Source: Octopus vulgaris
Lineage: Eukaryota
Length of the DNA: 64,000 nucleotides
Direction: 5' to 3'
Assembly (NCBI GenBank): GCA_951406725.2
Contig: OX597830.1
Location: forward strand, 29,016,001-29,080,000
Under the pieces are notes generated by a model. That model was not told where the DNA came from. It saw only the letters and a program-made list of their open reading frames with translations, and did no database searches. A program made the translations under genes and the position numbers. Shown piece by piece: positions 13,970 to 27,868 of this stretch (its first letter is position 1; the number at the start of each line of letters is the position of its first letter).

Positions 13970-14471
13970 GTCTGCTTATAGCGACCTTTGTGTGCCAAGT
14001 CGACATATTTTGTTTAATTCAATTTAATTTATCTATATATTTTTCATGTTTTCTTTTCTTTTGCTTTTGCTCATCTCTTCTCTATTATTTGTCCCTCTGT
14101 GAATACCGTCAGCAGACCTGGTCGAAATGTAGGCGAAGATGTTAGCTGTCAGAGGTGTCTTCAACAAAGGACATGCGGCAGGAACAGAGAAAAATATAGA
14201 AACATATGCAAAACGAATATGGCGATCGTTGAGGAAGAAACTGAAGAGAAGAGAGAGGGAATGTCAGGGAGACAGAGAGAAAGGAATGGGTGAAGTGAGA
14301 TATTTAGATACGCATGTAAGGCAAACTGTATAATGGACGAAGGAAATACGTTACGTATTGCATCTATATAGATAAATGTGTGCGCGTGTATGATTATGTG
14401 TATAAGTGTGTGTCTGTTTGTAAATACATACACATACATACATAAATACATACATATATGTATGTGTATAA

Positions 14472-14519
<48 letters not shown>

Positions 14520-14796
14520 GCACGTGTGTGTATATGTGCATACACATACATACATGTGCATTTACCTTTGTTTATGAGAACATTCTCTGTGTTTGGGTAT
14601 ATGTAAGTGTTGAGCGGGTGTTATGTGTATGTGTATGTGTGTATCTGAGTATATGAAAAAGAGCAAAGAGCTGGTTAGAACCATAGACAACCAAATTGAT
14701 AGATAGATGCATAAATAGATAGATAGACCGACAAACATACACGCATATACATAGTTAGACATGTATATATATAAATATAGAGAGAGAAAGAATATA

Positions 14797-14851
<55 letters not shown>

Positions 14852-14971
14852 TTGATATATAGACAGATAGAGGGAGAGATAAAGAGATAGAGAGAGAGTC
14901 ATAGATAGATAAAGATGTACACACAGACAAATAGTTAAATACAGTGATAGAAAGATAGGTAGATAAATAAC

Positions 14972-15020
<49 letters not shown>

Positions 15021-15134
15021 TAGATAGATAGATAGATAGATTGACATATAGAGATATAGATACAGAGAGATATAGATAAATAGATGAATACATAAAAAAT
15101 ACATACAAACATACATACATACATACATACATAG

Positions 15135-15165
<31 letters not shown>

Positions 15166-15585
15166 CATACATACATACAAACATATATGCATTCATAGTC
15201 GCAGAATTGGGGATACAATTGAAATTATTAGAGAGGAACATAAATTCCAGGCGACAAAATATATTAGGTTGGGTGTCGGGGAAAGAAATATATTGTAAGA
15301 TGATAAAATAATTTTTTTTTATCGGTGGTGGAGAAGACAAATATCCATGGGTAATGCTGAAGAATAAAAAAATGTAATCTGAATAAAAAATGAATAAATA
15401 ACTGAAGAAGTGTAGAAAAACAGCATTATATAAATGTATGTGCGTGTTGCGTGTGTATATATGTATATATATATATATGTGCGTGTATGTGTGTGTATGA
15501 ATATGTTCATATTTTTGCATACATGTATCTATTTATATATATATATATATATTATTATATCATATTATATTACATATATATATAT

Positions 15586-15617
<32 letters not shown>

Positions 15618-15634
15618 GAATATATATATGTATG

Positions 15635-15782
<148 letters not shown>

Positions 15783-15992
15783 CGCACATATCTGCATGGG
15801 TAGCTTTGTATATTAGTATGACGATACGCATATAGAGACTCATACAAGCATATGGATTTCTTTATATATTTATTGCCAACTCACACTTATGTATGCTTTA
15901 ATGCAGGTGTGTATAACTGTATACATGTAATAGAGACACGCATAGATACATATATACATACATATATATGTATTTATACATATATATATTTG

Positions 15993-16097
<105 letters not shown>

Positions 16098-16183
16098 TAT
16101 ATACATGCATGCATGCACACATATGTAGAATATAAACCATAGGAGTAAAGAAAAAGATAAAAGACTGATTTGCTACAGAGAGA

Positions 16184-16223
<40 letters not shown>

Positions 16224-16316
16224 CAAAACCAAAGTGAGAGAAAGCAACAGAGTGTGTACATGCGAGTACGTGTAAATTTTAGTGGGTGCCTTTGAGATAG
16301 AGAGATAGAGAGAGCG

Positions 16317-16350
<34 letters not shown>

Positions 16351-16609
16351 GGAGATATAGAGTAGGGGAGCGATAGAAAGAGAGAAAAGAGAGAGAGTGA
16401 AAGTGATAGAGAGGGAAAGAGCATGAATGATAGAGAAATATAAAGAGATTGAAGAAAGAGAGAGATATGTAGAAGAGTAAGCAATGGGCAGGGCGGTTTG
16501 GCGTGCAATGAAATGGAGAGAATATGGTAATAAAATATAAATGGCAAAAAAAAAAAAATAATAAAAAAAAAATGACAGAACGATGTAGGGAAGATGAAGG
16601 TAGCAAAAG

Positions 16610-16647
<38 letters not shown>

Positions 16648-16905
16648 CAACAGCAACAACAACAAGGAACTAATAGTAACAACGAACACCAAAAACAACA
16701 AGAAGCATTAAACGTACAACAACAACAACAGCAACAACAAAAGCTAAGATAATATATATATATATATAAAAAAAATAATCGTATAAAACAATAGTAAATA
16801 AAAAAATACAACCGTAAAAATATCACACATTAACATATACAAGTATACACACTTATATTTGTATTGACAGATACACACGTGCCTACTACGTATATAAATA
16901 CATAT

Positions 16906-16972
<67 letters not shown>

Positions 16973-17499
16973 TAGATGCATACGTGCATATAAGTACGTA
17001 TGTACATATAGAATGATTATAAAAACTTCCTTCGGAAAGGCGACAGATAAAAAGCATGTATTGGGCTGTTGGTTAAGTTGGCTGCCAGCGTGGACTTCAT
17101 CGATTTTAATGGCATTAGGGCACGATGACCTGCAAAAATTGCACTGTCATCAGTGTATTGTCCTTTTACCCTCCCTCCCCCCCGCCATACCTACCTCCAC
17201 CACCTCTTTTCGTTATTAGCCAAATTCTTTGAGTCTTGCACTTTTGGACACGGCTGGTCTCACAGTGGCCATTTCCTTTATGCTGATTTCATATCATGAT
17301 AGCTTTTTTTTGTTTTTTTCCTTTTTGGCTTACATATATACTTCCTCTACCACCACCCCCGTCCTCTCTTGCTCTCCCTCTTCCTCAAATTCCACCCTCT
17401 TCCCTTCATCACGTCCAACACTAGCACCTTCACCTCACGCACCACCAGCAGCAGCAGCAACACCACCACCACCATCAACACAACAACAACAACAAAAAC

Positions 17500-18370
17500 A
17501 GCTACAACAACAATGTCCTTCTTCCACCTTCTATTCTTTCATCTATCTTTTTTCTTCTATTTCTTCTTCCTAATGTCTTTTTCGCTTCTCGGATTTTTTC
17601 CCCTCAATCTCTTTTCTTCTCTGTCATTTAAACACTTTACCCCCCAACTCTCTCTATGATTTTTTATCTCTTCCACTCCCCCTCTCTCATTTTTTCTCTC
17701 TCTCTATCTATCTATCTCTCTCACATCCCATCACTTTCTCTCCCACTCTCTTTCTCATCACACTCCCACCTAATCTCCTCCTCGCCTGTGTCTGGTCCTC
17801 TATATATCATTGAACACCTACCCTCACATTTCGTTTTTCGTTGGTCTTATGAACACTTTTTTGTGCGTTCACTCTCTCCCCCCTCTCCTCCTTCCTATCT
17901 CACACACACTCCCCTTCCCTCTCTCTCTCTCTGTCAAACCATTCCTGATATATTTATTTTCTTTGTCACTGTAAATTCTTTATGTGTCTCCCATATTTCC
18001 ATACTCTCTCGCACTCTATCCTCTCTCTACCCCCATCTCAATTTCTACCTCTCTCACTCAGTTCCTCCTCTCTTCTTCACTCTCTCTCTCTCAATTTTCC
18101 TATTTCTTTCCCTCAAAATCACACATTTACCCTAGCATTGCTTCCTTTTACTCAAACACTTTGAATGTGATTTCAATTGTCAATACGCTTCTTTCCTTCT
18201 CTCTGTATTTCATTTTTCTTTTACTTCCTTCTTTTTCTTGCTTCTTTCCTTCTACCTTTCTTCCTATTTACTTTTTTCTTTTTCTATCTGTCTTTCTTTC
18301 TTGCTTTCTTTCTATCATTTTCTTTTAAATTCTCATTTTTCTTTCCTCTACACTCTTTTTCGCACCTTCT
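17500..18370. repeat. Polypyrimidine (CT-rich) low-complexity tract
   Basis: Top strand dominated by ttc, tct and ctc words with very little G. Confidence 0.8.
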
Positions 18371-18381
18371 CTTTATAAGGT

Positions 18382-18429
<48 letters not shown>

Positions 18430-18889
18430 AAGAGAGAGGGAGAGGGAGAGATTGATAAATAGATAGAAAAATAAATAGATAGATAGGTAGGTAGGTAGAT
18501 AGATAGATAGATATATTCATATCTTTTTTATATCAATATGTCTGTGTATCTGTGTGCGTGTATACCGTTGTCTATTCTATTTCTATATGTATAACGTATA
18601 TATGTCTACTTATACATACACGTTCATTTGGGTGCATATGTGTGTACACTAGTGGGAGAAAATTTCCATCTATAGATACATAGATATTCACAAAAAGAAT
18701 ATGTATCTAAGCCATACAAGACTGACACTGCTTCATTCGTAAAAAAAACAAAACAAACATATCTATGTACAAATATACGCTAATATAAAAGATTGTGGAC
18801 AAATTCATAAACGGATAAGAAATATATATATATATATATTGGTTGGTCAATAAATATGTGTGTACTTTATAATCATGTATGATATATGC

Positions 18890-19326
18890 ATGTGGGTGGC
18901 GCATGGCTTAGTGATAAGCGTGTTGTGCTCTTAATTATAAGATTGTGCTTTCGATTCCTGGACCAGGCGATGCGATGTTTTGTTAAAAATTGGCAACATT
19001 TCACGTTTCTTATTTGTGATCAGAGGCGCAGGAGTGGGTGTGTGGTAAGTAGCTTGCTTACCAAGCACATGATCCTGGGTTCAGTCCCACTACGTGGCAC
19101 TTTGGGCAAGCCTCACACCGACTAAAGCCTTGTGATTGGATTTGGTTGGCGGAAACTGAAAGAAACCCCGTCGTATATGTATATATTTATGTGTGTGTTT
19201 GCGTGTGTTTCTCCCCCCCCCCCCCCAACATCCCTGCACAACCGATGCTGGTTACTTTCAAATGTTTGCACAAGGCCAGCAATTTTATGCCCCGTAACAT
19301 AGCGATTCGGCAAAAGACCCGATAGA
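18890..19326 (+). mobile_element. Truncated tRNA-like SINE head (18890-19010) followed by SINE family A (19025-19326) broken by trinucleotide repeats
   Basis: Head resembles 42787 (ttagtg...tttcgattcctggac); then ggagtgggtgtgtggtaagtagcttgcttacc through cggcaaaagacccgatagaat. Confidence 0.8.
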
Positions 19327-19782
19327 ATGACGATGACGACGACCACCACCACCACCACCACCACTAACACTACTACCTCCAGCATCAGCAACATCACCAC
19401 AACCATCACCAACAACAACATCAACACCACCACTACCACCATCACTAGCATCACAACCATCACCACCAACAACATCAGTACCACTACCACCACCACTAGC
19501 AACATAACCAGCAACACTACAACCACTATCACCACCACCACCACCACCACCACTAACAACACCACCACCACTGCCACCTCTAACATCAACAAACAGCAGC
19601 AACATAGCCTCACCAATGGCATGGCACAATCGCCAGTAACTTCACCTGTACCAGAAACTACATGTCCTCCACAACTCTCTATTTTACACATTTTCACCAG
19701 CAGCCATCAGAATTACATGATGTGCAAAAACAAAAAAAAAAGTGAAAGAAAGAATCACTAAATCATAACAACTGAGCACCAA

Positions 19783-20012
19783 CCGGAGCTGGCAGAAACG
19801 TTAGCGCGTCGGACGAAATGCCTACCGGTATTTCGTCTGCCGTTACGTTGTGAGTTCAAATTCCACCGAGGTCGACTTTGCCTTTCATCCTTTCGGGGTC
19901 GATAAATTAAGTACCAGTTACGCACTGGGGTCGATGTAATCGACTTAATACTTATGTCTGTCCTTGTTTGTTCCCTCTATGTTTAGCCCCTTGTGGGTAA
20001 TAAAGAAATAGG
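19783..20012 (+). mobile_element. SINE family C, near full length, least diverged copy
   Basis: gagctggcagaaacgttagc...gagttcaaattcc (B box), central gactttgcctttcatcctttcggggtcgataaattaagtaccag resembling a conserved metazoan SINE central domain; more than 10 copies in the window. Confidence 0.9.
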
Positions 20013-20179
20013 TATTGTTCGCATTTCTGTTTTTGTAATCTAAAAAAGCAAAAAAATAAATAAATAAATAAAGCAAAAATAAATGGCTGCTAACTTCTGG
20101 ACATTCACCTTTCATACTTGTACACAATGGCCTGCAACAGCGCGATCATTATTATTACCACCATTCATGCTATCATCAA

Positions 20180-20325
20180 CATGTTCTGTGTTCAAATTCT
20201 ATCATGTTCGATTTTGCCTTTCATATTTACGGGGTCGATATAAGTACCAGTTGAACACTGGTGTCGATGTAATTCACTTACTCCCTCTTCACAAAATTGC
20301 TGGCCTTGTGCAAAAATTGGAAAAC
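20180..20325 (+). mobile_element. SINE family C, degenerate
   Basis: gttcaaattc...ttttgcctttcatatttacggggtcgatataagtaccag. Confidence 0.75.
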
Positions 20326-21426
20326 AATATTATGACTACCATGTGAAACACAGCTCCTCCATTCCCACCATCACCACATCTACCACCACCAACATTACCA
20401 CCACCACCACCAAAACCACCAAAACCCCCACCACCGCCACAATCAAATTCACCACCCACCACCAGCATAACTACCACCACAACTGCCGCCACAATCACGA
20501 CGACGACGACGACCACCACCACCACCACCACCACCACCACCACCACTACCACAACCACAACCGCCGCCAACACCACCACCACCTCCACCAAGAAAAACAA
20601 CTTTAACGGCACTCCACTACCACCACTCTCATTCAAACCACCGCCACCACCGCTATCGCGACTATCATCATTGAAATGCCCACACCACCACCCTTATCGA
20701 CCGGAAGTTCCATCGAATACCATATCCGCTGGCGTCTACACCGTGACAGAAAAACCAATGATAATGACACAAGAATGTGTTAAGCCCCTCCACTACCACC
20801 ACCACCACCACCACAACTACGACCGCTAACTTCATCTGTTCACCCAATGATATCAAACACCCTCACTGGTTCCTGCCCACCACACACACAAATCACCTCA
20901 AGAGTATACATCTTGCCTACTTACCATCACTCACCCCTTTCATCATACATCACAGGCTCCCCCACCTCCGCCACACCTCTTTTACCTGCAATACGTTTCT
21001 CGGCCGGAAAAAGAAAAGAATAGAAAAAAATAGGAGTTCTATATAATCCTTGTAACCATCAACATCTTCGTCGTCTTTGCCTTCTTTGTATCTTCATCCT
21101 CATCATCACCACCACCACCACCATCATGATCATGTTCATCATCATCATTATCATCATCATCATCATCATAATCATCATCATCATCATGATCATCACCACC
21201 ACCAACACCACCATCATCATCATCATCACTACCACCACCACCACCAATCGCCATCATCATCATTATCATCATCATCATCATCACCACCACCACCAATCGC
21301 CATCATCATCATCATCATTATAATCATCATCACCACCACCACCACCATCACCACCACCATCATCATCTTCATCATCATCACCACCACCACCACCACCACC
21401 ACCACCACCACCATCGCCATCATCAA

Positions 21427-21471
<45 letters not shown>

Positions 21472-23756
21472 CATCGTCTTCATAGTCGTCGTCGTCATCA
21501 TCATCATCATCATCGTCTTCATCATCATCGTTGTCCTCGTTGTCGTCGTCGTCTTCTCTCACGTTGTCCTCGTCATCATTATCACCATCGTAGTAGTAGT
21601 CGCTATAGTCCCGTGATTGCCATCACCACAATCCTAATCATCACCATCATCATCATCTTCAGCAGCAGCAACACCACTGATATAGTCGTCCTCCTCGTAC
21701 TCCTCCTTCTCCCCCCCAACCCTCTCCTCCTGGTCATCCTCGACACCATACTCGCCCATCTGCATCGGCTTCGTCATCTCCGCCATGTAGCTTCGTCATC
21801 AATATTGTCAGCATTTCCTTTTAGCAATGCCTGGGTCGTTCCTCTACCAACCACCCATCCAACCGATCATCCATCCATCCATCCATCCATCCATCCATCC
21901 ATCCATCCATTTACCCATACGTCCACCCATACATTCATCCATCAATCCACCCATCCATCCATTACTCTATCCATCAATTCGTCCCTCTACACTCCGCCTT
22001 CGCCACCACAATCAACGGTAGTTTAATCGCTTCCACTTTATCAACGATAAGCACCCAAACTGAAACTCATTATTTACCACCGCCATATTTGTTCTTCCTA
22101 CCCGTACTACATCCCGGCAAACCCAATTTACTCCATTTTTTTTACTACTCTCCTCAACGAGACGCCACTATGACGTACTACCTCCTTACCACTACAACTG
22201 ATTCCCAAACCACAATATCTTACTTCTGATAAGAAAAGAAATAGAGACAGAGATTTGCACTTAATTTTCGCCATCATCATATCCATCTCCACCATTCAAG
22301 CATACCACTATCACCATCACCATCACCATCCCTAACTGTATGTCTCCTGCCACGGTTAATTACATGATACTTCTACCATCAACATCATTCCACCAACATC
22401 AGGTTCAGCTGTATGAGATACAAATGCCCTCTACCATTCCTATTACATCAACAACACTCTGTCAACACCACTAACATAACCGCCACTACCGCAGTTCACA
22501 GTACCACCACTATTAATATTCTCACCAAAATTGCCACCACCAGTAGTACTACCACCGCTACAGCAATCACTATCACATCATCTATAACATTGTTAACAAC
22601 GCTATCTCCGCCAAATCCACCATCATCATTACAGAGTCACCACCACCGTCACAGATACCACTCCTAATATTTCCACCGTCGCGGCCTGAACCATAGACGT
22701 CTCCACCACAACCACACAATCAGAAAACCAATGAGAATTCGAAGCACACCTACATTTGTATACCGCTAATATCATCTGAAAACCCTGCATCAGCAAAAAC
22801 AGACAGTAAACAAACGTATAATTATAACCTTTAGTAACGGTGACCATATCTTCTCTCTGAAATCACTGCTGTACACTGTTGAAGAAATAACAAGACACAT
22901 ATGGAAGTATAGTCCTTAATAATTCCAATGAAGCCGGAGGTGTCTTGGCTGAAATGCTTTTGATCACAGATTAATGCAAGTTTAACCTAGGAGTAGGAGT
23001 GGCTGTGTGGTAAGTAGTTTGCTTACGAACCACATGGTTCCGGGTTCAGAACAACAACTACATGTTTCCTAACTGGTTACCAAACTATTTAGAAATATCA
23101 GCTAATTGTCCTTCAATTCCAATTCTAGTGTCTTAATTAAGAAAAAAGCACAAGTCATATGATATAGCCCTAGACATATTGCTCTATAGATGAAGAGGGC
23201 AGGACTGGAGTGCTTCGGAGAGTATCCTGCTGTATAAGAGGAGTTCATCACTGGCTAAAATCACCAGCAGAGTACAATTTTTACATGCTTTTTCACTTAA
23301 TTTTTAGCACAAACCCCAGTTGTTGCCACTATGGTCAGAGTCTTGACTTACAAGAATCCTCACAACCCAGATTGCAACCAACAAGCAAGACCTGCAGCCT
23401 GAATTTACAACAGCTGCTACACTATTGTCTCTCTTCACGTATCTATCGTATTTCTTACTATTAATCTCTTTCACTCCTCTTCCTCTCCCTTCTTCCCCAG
23501 AGTCCATGTAAAACCGAGTAATATATACAACACTGAAGAGCGCTTTTGGTAGCCGAAACAATTTGCATGACGCAAGGAGAGAGTAAATAGAGTATTTTAT
23601 TTGCACAAACACACACACACACAAACATACCTATAAAGATATATAGCCATTCATACACACAACACTATATACACAAACACAGACACGCACACACACATAC
23701 GCACATACACATTCACTCACACACATACGCCGACATATTGACATAAAAATATATGG

Positions 23757-23773
23757 ATATCTATCTATCTATA

Positions 23774-23807
<34 letters not shown>

Positions 23808-23880
23808 CCTACCTACCTATCTATCTATCTATCTCTCTATCTCTCTCTCTATCTATCTATCTATCTACCTACCTACCTAC

Positions 23881-23947
<67 letters not shown>

Positions 23948-24042
23948 CCTACCTACCTATTTCTCTATCTATCTATCTATCTATCTCTCTATCTATCTCT
24001 CTATCTCTCTCTCTCTATCTATCTATCTACCTACCTACCTAC

Positions 24043-24083
<41 letters not shown>

Positions 24084-24193
24084 AATCTATCTATCTATCT
24101 ATCTATCTATCTACCTACCTACTACCTATGTATGTACGTATGTATCTGTCTATTTCTCTATCTCTCTATGTAGCTATCTATCTCTCTCTATCC

Positions 24194-24235
<42 letters not shown>

Positions 24236-24238
24236 ATA

Positions 24239-24280
<42 letters not shown>
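23757..24280. repeat. (TATC)n/(TACC)n tetranucleotide array ending in (TA)n
   Basis: Directly visible. Confidence 0.95.
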
Positions 24281-24281
<1 letters not shown>

Positions 24282-24429
24282 TCTTACGCACATATAAGCT
24301 CGCACATATTTAGCTCACGCTTATAAATATTTAATATATTTGTTTTTCCATATTCACTTCTAATCTGATCCTCTTCCCAACCATTCGATCTTTCTCTAAT
24401 TTTTTCCTTTTCTGCAAAGGACCATTCTT

Positions 24430-24528
24430 TCATTGTCTTCCTCTTTTCTTGACAATCAGTCTTTACTTTTCTCTCATACTTTTTCTATTAACCGCAATTC
24501 ACCTCCTTCTCTTTTTCTGTCTCTCTGC

Positions 24529-24568
<40 letters not shown>

Positions 24569-25460
24569 GTCTTTGTCTCCCTCTCTCTCGCTCTATCTCT
24601 CTGCCAACCAACCCGTCTATCTCTCTGCTTCTGCACATATCTGTCCGAATACTAACCCCGTCCTCCTCACCTAACTTAACCATTCTCATACATCAATATT
24701 TATTCTCTATCATTTTCTTTCTCGGTTACACGCACTCCCTCCACTTCTTTCTCCCTCCCCCTGCTCCTGTCTCACTCTCTCCCCCCTCTCTCTCTCTCAA
24801 ATTCTCTTACATTCTATTAATCGTTATCACTTTCTATTTCTCTTACTTCTATACCCTATCTACCTCTCTCATTCTTATTATTTTGATTACGCCCTCTCTT
24901 TCTCTCTCTTTCTCTCTTTCTCTCTCACTCTCTCTCTTTCCCTCTCTCCCACTCTCTGACTCTCAGTCTTTTTCTGTCACGCTCATTTACTTAGTTTCTG
25001 TATCCTTCAACCGTTCTCTTTATCATCTCTCCCCCTTTCTGCTTAGATGTTTCTCCTTCTTTCTCTCTCCTTTCTACCTCTCTCCCTTTCTCTCTTCTTT
25101 CCGCTCTCTCTTTCCTCCTCCTTTCTCCTCCTATTTTTCTCTCCCTCTTTCTCCCTCTTCCTTCTCCTTCCCTTCTTTATCTTCCTCTCTCTTTTCTCCT
25201 CTCTCTTTCTTTCTCTCCCCTTCCATCTATCTCTCTTCCTCTCAGTGTTCTCCCTCTCTCTCTCTCTTTCAACCACATTATATAATTTTGTTTCTCTAAC
25301 ACACTCTCATCTCTTTCCATTCCTCCCTATCTTACATCATCTCTCTCTCTTCTTCACTATATAATCCTTTGTCCTTTTCTCTCTCGCATTCTCTCTCACA
25401 AATTTCTATTCCTCCCCTCTCTCTGTCCCTATACATCTCCCCCAATCTCACTCTCTTGAT
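24430..25460. repeat. ~1 kb polypyrimidine/(CT)n tract
   Basis: Top strand strongly C/T-biased; the 288-aa S/L/F/P ORF is its translation artefact. Confidence 0.9.
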
Positions 25461-26299
25461 ATCACGCGCGCTCTCACGATTTTTTTTCTCCACTTAACTC
25501 TCCCACTTACTCCCTCACACTCTACCTCTCTCCTCTTATTCCTCTCATTCCTGCCAGCTAGTGCGATCATTTGCTTCGGTTCTATATTGTTAAACCTGGC
25601 CTCTGCCCCTAAATACGTCCATCTAAATCCGAAAACCCACCACCCTGCGCCCGTCCAAGCACATAGACATATCACGCTACACCTACCAAACCATACACAA
25701 CCGCCAATCTACATAACCGACATTTCATGGATTTACTGCTTTTCTTCCTAGCATGTCTATCGTCTTATACTCTTCTTATCTAACTCATCCTTATTAGTCT
25801 TTGTTCCTCTACTCACCATCTTCCGCAGCATCATGCAGGAACTTTTCTGTTTTTTTTCCCTCTTGTCAACCATACATGCATTTATGCAAAAACACCTCGC
25901 ATTCTCAGTCTCCACCTTTTGCATATTCTCATTCACTTTTTGTCCTTCCTCCTCTTACTATATATTTCTGTATCTCTGCCTCTCTAATCCCTCTCGTTCA
26001 TATATTTACTTCTCCACCACATCTCTCGCTTCCTCTGTCTCATTCTATCTTTCTCACCCATTCACATGTAAAGCAGATAAGAAGCTTGACTCAAATATAT
26101 ACATATCTACAAACACACCGACACACACATGCATATACACACACAACCAAACACACACACACACACATACACACACATATGTACCTACAAACTTGTACAT
26201 ATACCCACGTTTTTGTAAATGAGATATATATGTATATACATCTGTATTTGTGAATGCATTTGCGTTTGAAGATGTTACTCTACACCGAATTATTTGTGT

Positions 26300-26570
26300 A
26301 TGGTGTGTGTGTGCATGTGTATATGATGGACTCTACTGTGCAAGATGACATGGGAGGGGGTCATCCCTTTTGCTGGGCGACCTGCACAAACGATTTGTTT
26401 AGAGAAAGCAAATGTATGTTCTGTGCAATAGCTCGCTCTTTATATTAGTTGTGAAGTTGTTCGCAGAGGTGAACTGTTTTGTTCAAGAAAACAACACACC
26501 ACCTACTCTGGGAATTTGAAACCACGAACTTGCGTGTAACACCCTAAATACCAGGCCATACGTCCTCAGG
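26300..26570 (-). mobile_element. Degenerate tRNA-derived SINE
   Basis: Minus-strand head gaggacgtatggcctggtatttagggtg...ggttcaaattccc...ttcttgaacaaaaca resembles the head at 42787. Confidence 0.5.
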
Positions 26571-26573
26571 TAT

Positions 26574-26624
<51 letters not shown>

Positions 26625-26627
26625 TAT

Positions 26628-26872
26628 AGGAATAAAATTTATATATAAAGAAACAAGAACGTGAAATACACAAAGGGACGAACACAGAAAACAGACGGGT
26701 CATTCGAAGCCTTTAATCTTCAGTCAGAAACCGGATCATCATAGCAAATTTCGGCTGATTAATTCTGATATTTGCTCCAAAGCGGCCAGCCCCAAGGAAA
26801 AACTAAGCTGTGAGCATTAGATCTCTTGGAAAAAGGAACGAATGTAAACGCAACAGGGACGAATATAAATAC

Positions 26873-26920
<48 letters not shown>

Positions 26921-26983
26921 CAAAAATGGGACAAGAACGCAAAACATCCAGACAGACGATACAAAGAAAACAAGGACGGGTCG
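26628..26983 (-). mobile_element. Two probable Penelope-like 3' ends (26628-26870 and 26914-26983), each abutting a microsatellite
   Basis: Minus strand of the first has ctgaaga-ttaaaggctt-cgaa-tgacccgtc preceded by cagccgaaatttgc, parallel to 12320-12390; the second matches 12300-12335 almost exactly. Confidence 0.5.
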
Positions 26984-27119
26984 GGGGTTTAGTTCGCAGG
27001 TGATCTAAATGATTTGGTACGCGAGGTAAGTACTGTAGCAGATTATTAGGGCTCCAAAGTTATAGCCGAGTTGGTACGTATTGAGCCATTGCAGATTTTT
27101 GATGCAGCGGATAATTGCT

Positions 27120-27468
27120 AAAGAGCACAACAAAAATTAAGGCAAGGCAAACACCTCAAGTCATATACAATATTACTATTGTAAAAAATTACACTTATGC
27201 TCATCGGAAACTTGAACTATGATCTTTTATACTTCATATTCTTCTCTCTCTCCATGTTCTTATTCCTTTACTCCATTCCTCTATGTCGTCATATCATTAA
27301 TATATACCATTCTCATTTTCCCTATTTTCCCATATTTATCTCTGATGATGGAATACCCCATACTCGGGGTTATCCCAGAAACAGCTGTAAGACTGAATTT
27401 TTTTTCCAATTATAATAATGTATAGGACTTGAGATGTTTGCCTTGTCTTAATGTTTACTACCTTCTTT
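27120..27468 (+). mobile_element. Short Penelope-like element: inverted copy of the 3' tail at the 5' end, intact hammerhead, tail abutting (CA)n
   Basis: attaaggcaaggcaaacacctcaagtcatatac (27136-27168) is the reverse complement (3 mismatches) of gtataggacttgagatgtttgccttgtcttaat (27420-27452). Confidence 0.65.
27339..27392 (+). ncRNA. Minimal type I hammerhead ribozyme motif with intact catalytic core
   Basis: TCT-CTGATGA-(tggaatacccc atactc ggggttatccca)-GAAA-CAGCTG-TA-AGA; predicted cleavage after GUA at 27389; stem I only 3 bp, stem III palindromic. Confidence 0.75.
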
Positions 27469-27500
27469 AACACACACACACAAGCACACACATACACAAA

Positions 27501-27569
<69 letters not shown>

Positions 27570-27868
27570 TCTTTTGTACTTTTACTACTTTCAGCCAGAG
27601 CCTGAGGTCCTGTCGGACTACCACATTTCAGTATTTGTGGGTCACCTTTTGTTACTGTTTTTGGTGAAGGAGCGAGTTGCACAAAGCTACTCTTCGTTGT
27701 GCCTCCTGCCGTGAAATAGGCTTATCTGGGATTTCAAATGCAAATTTTCTCAGGTGCTTTTTGAACGTTTCCACATCTACACGTTAATTATCTCTTAAGT
27801 TCCTTGACAAGATGTTTAACAGTTGTAGTCCGCTGAAACCCAAGCTGTTGCAATACTGGATCCATATT

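Larger units (their letters stand above)
19327..22720. repeat. Compound trinucleotide low-complexity domain ((CAC)n, (CAA)n, (CAT)n, (CATC)n) interrupted by SINEs
   Basis: Directly visible arrays at 19327-19610, 20340-20670, 21060-21670 and 21850-21960; explains the poly-T/H/I/V/D ORFs. Confidence 0.9.

Noticed and set aside
16593-16751. Short poly-Q reading frame MKVAKEEQQQ...KLR
   Set aside because: About 52 codons dominated by CAG/CAA repeats between microsatellites; no supporting splice or domain evidence.
19327-21616. Thr-rich mucin-like and His/Asp-rich ORFs
   Set aside because: Trinucleotide arrays open in several frames on both strands and adjoining SINE sequence; no gene structure.
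23528-23572. CTGAAGA...GAAA-caatttg hammerhead-like string
   Set aside because: The cleavage triplet is GCA rather than NUH and stem I is only 2 bp; may be chance.
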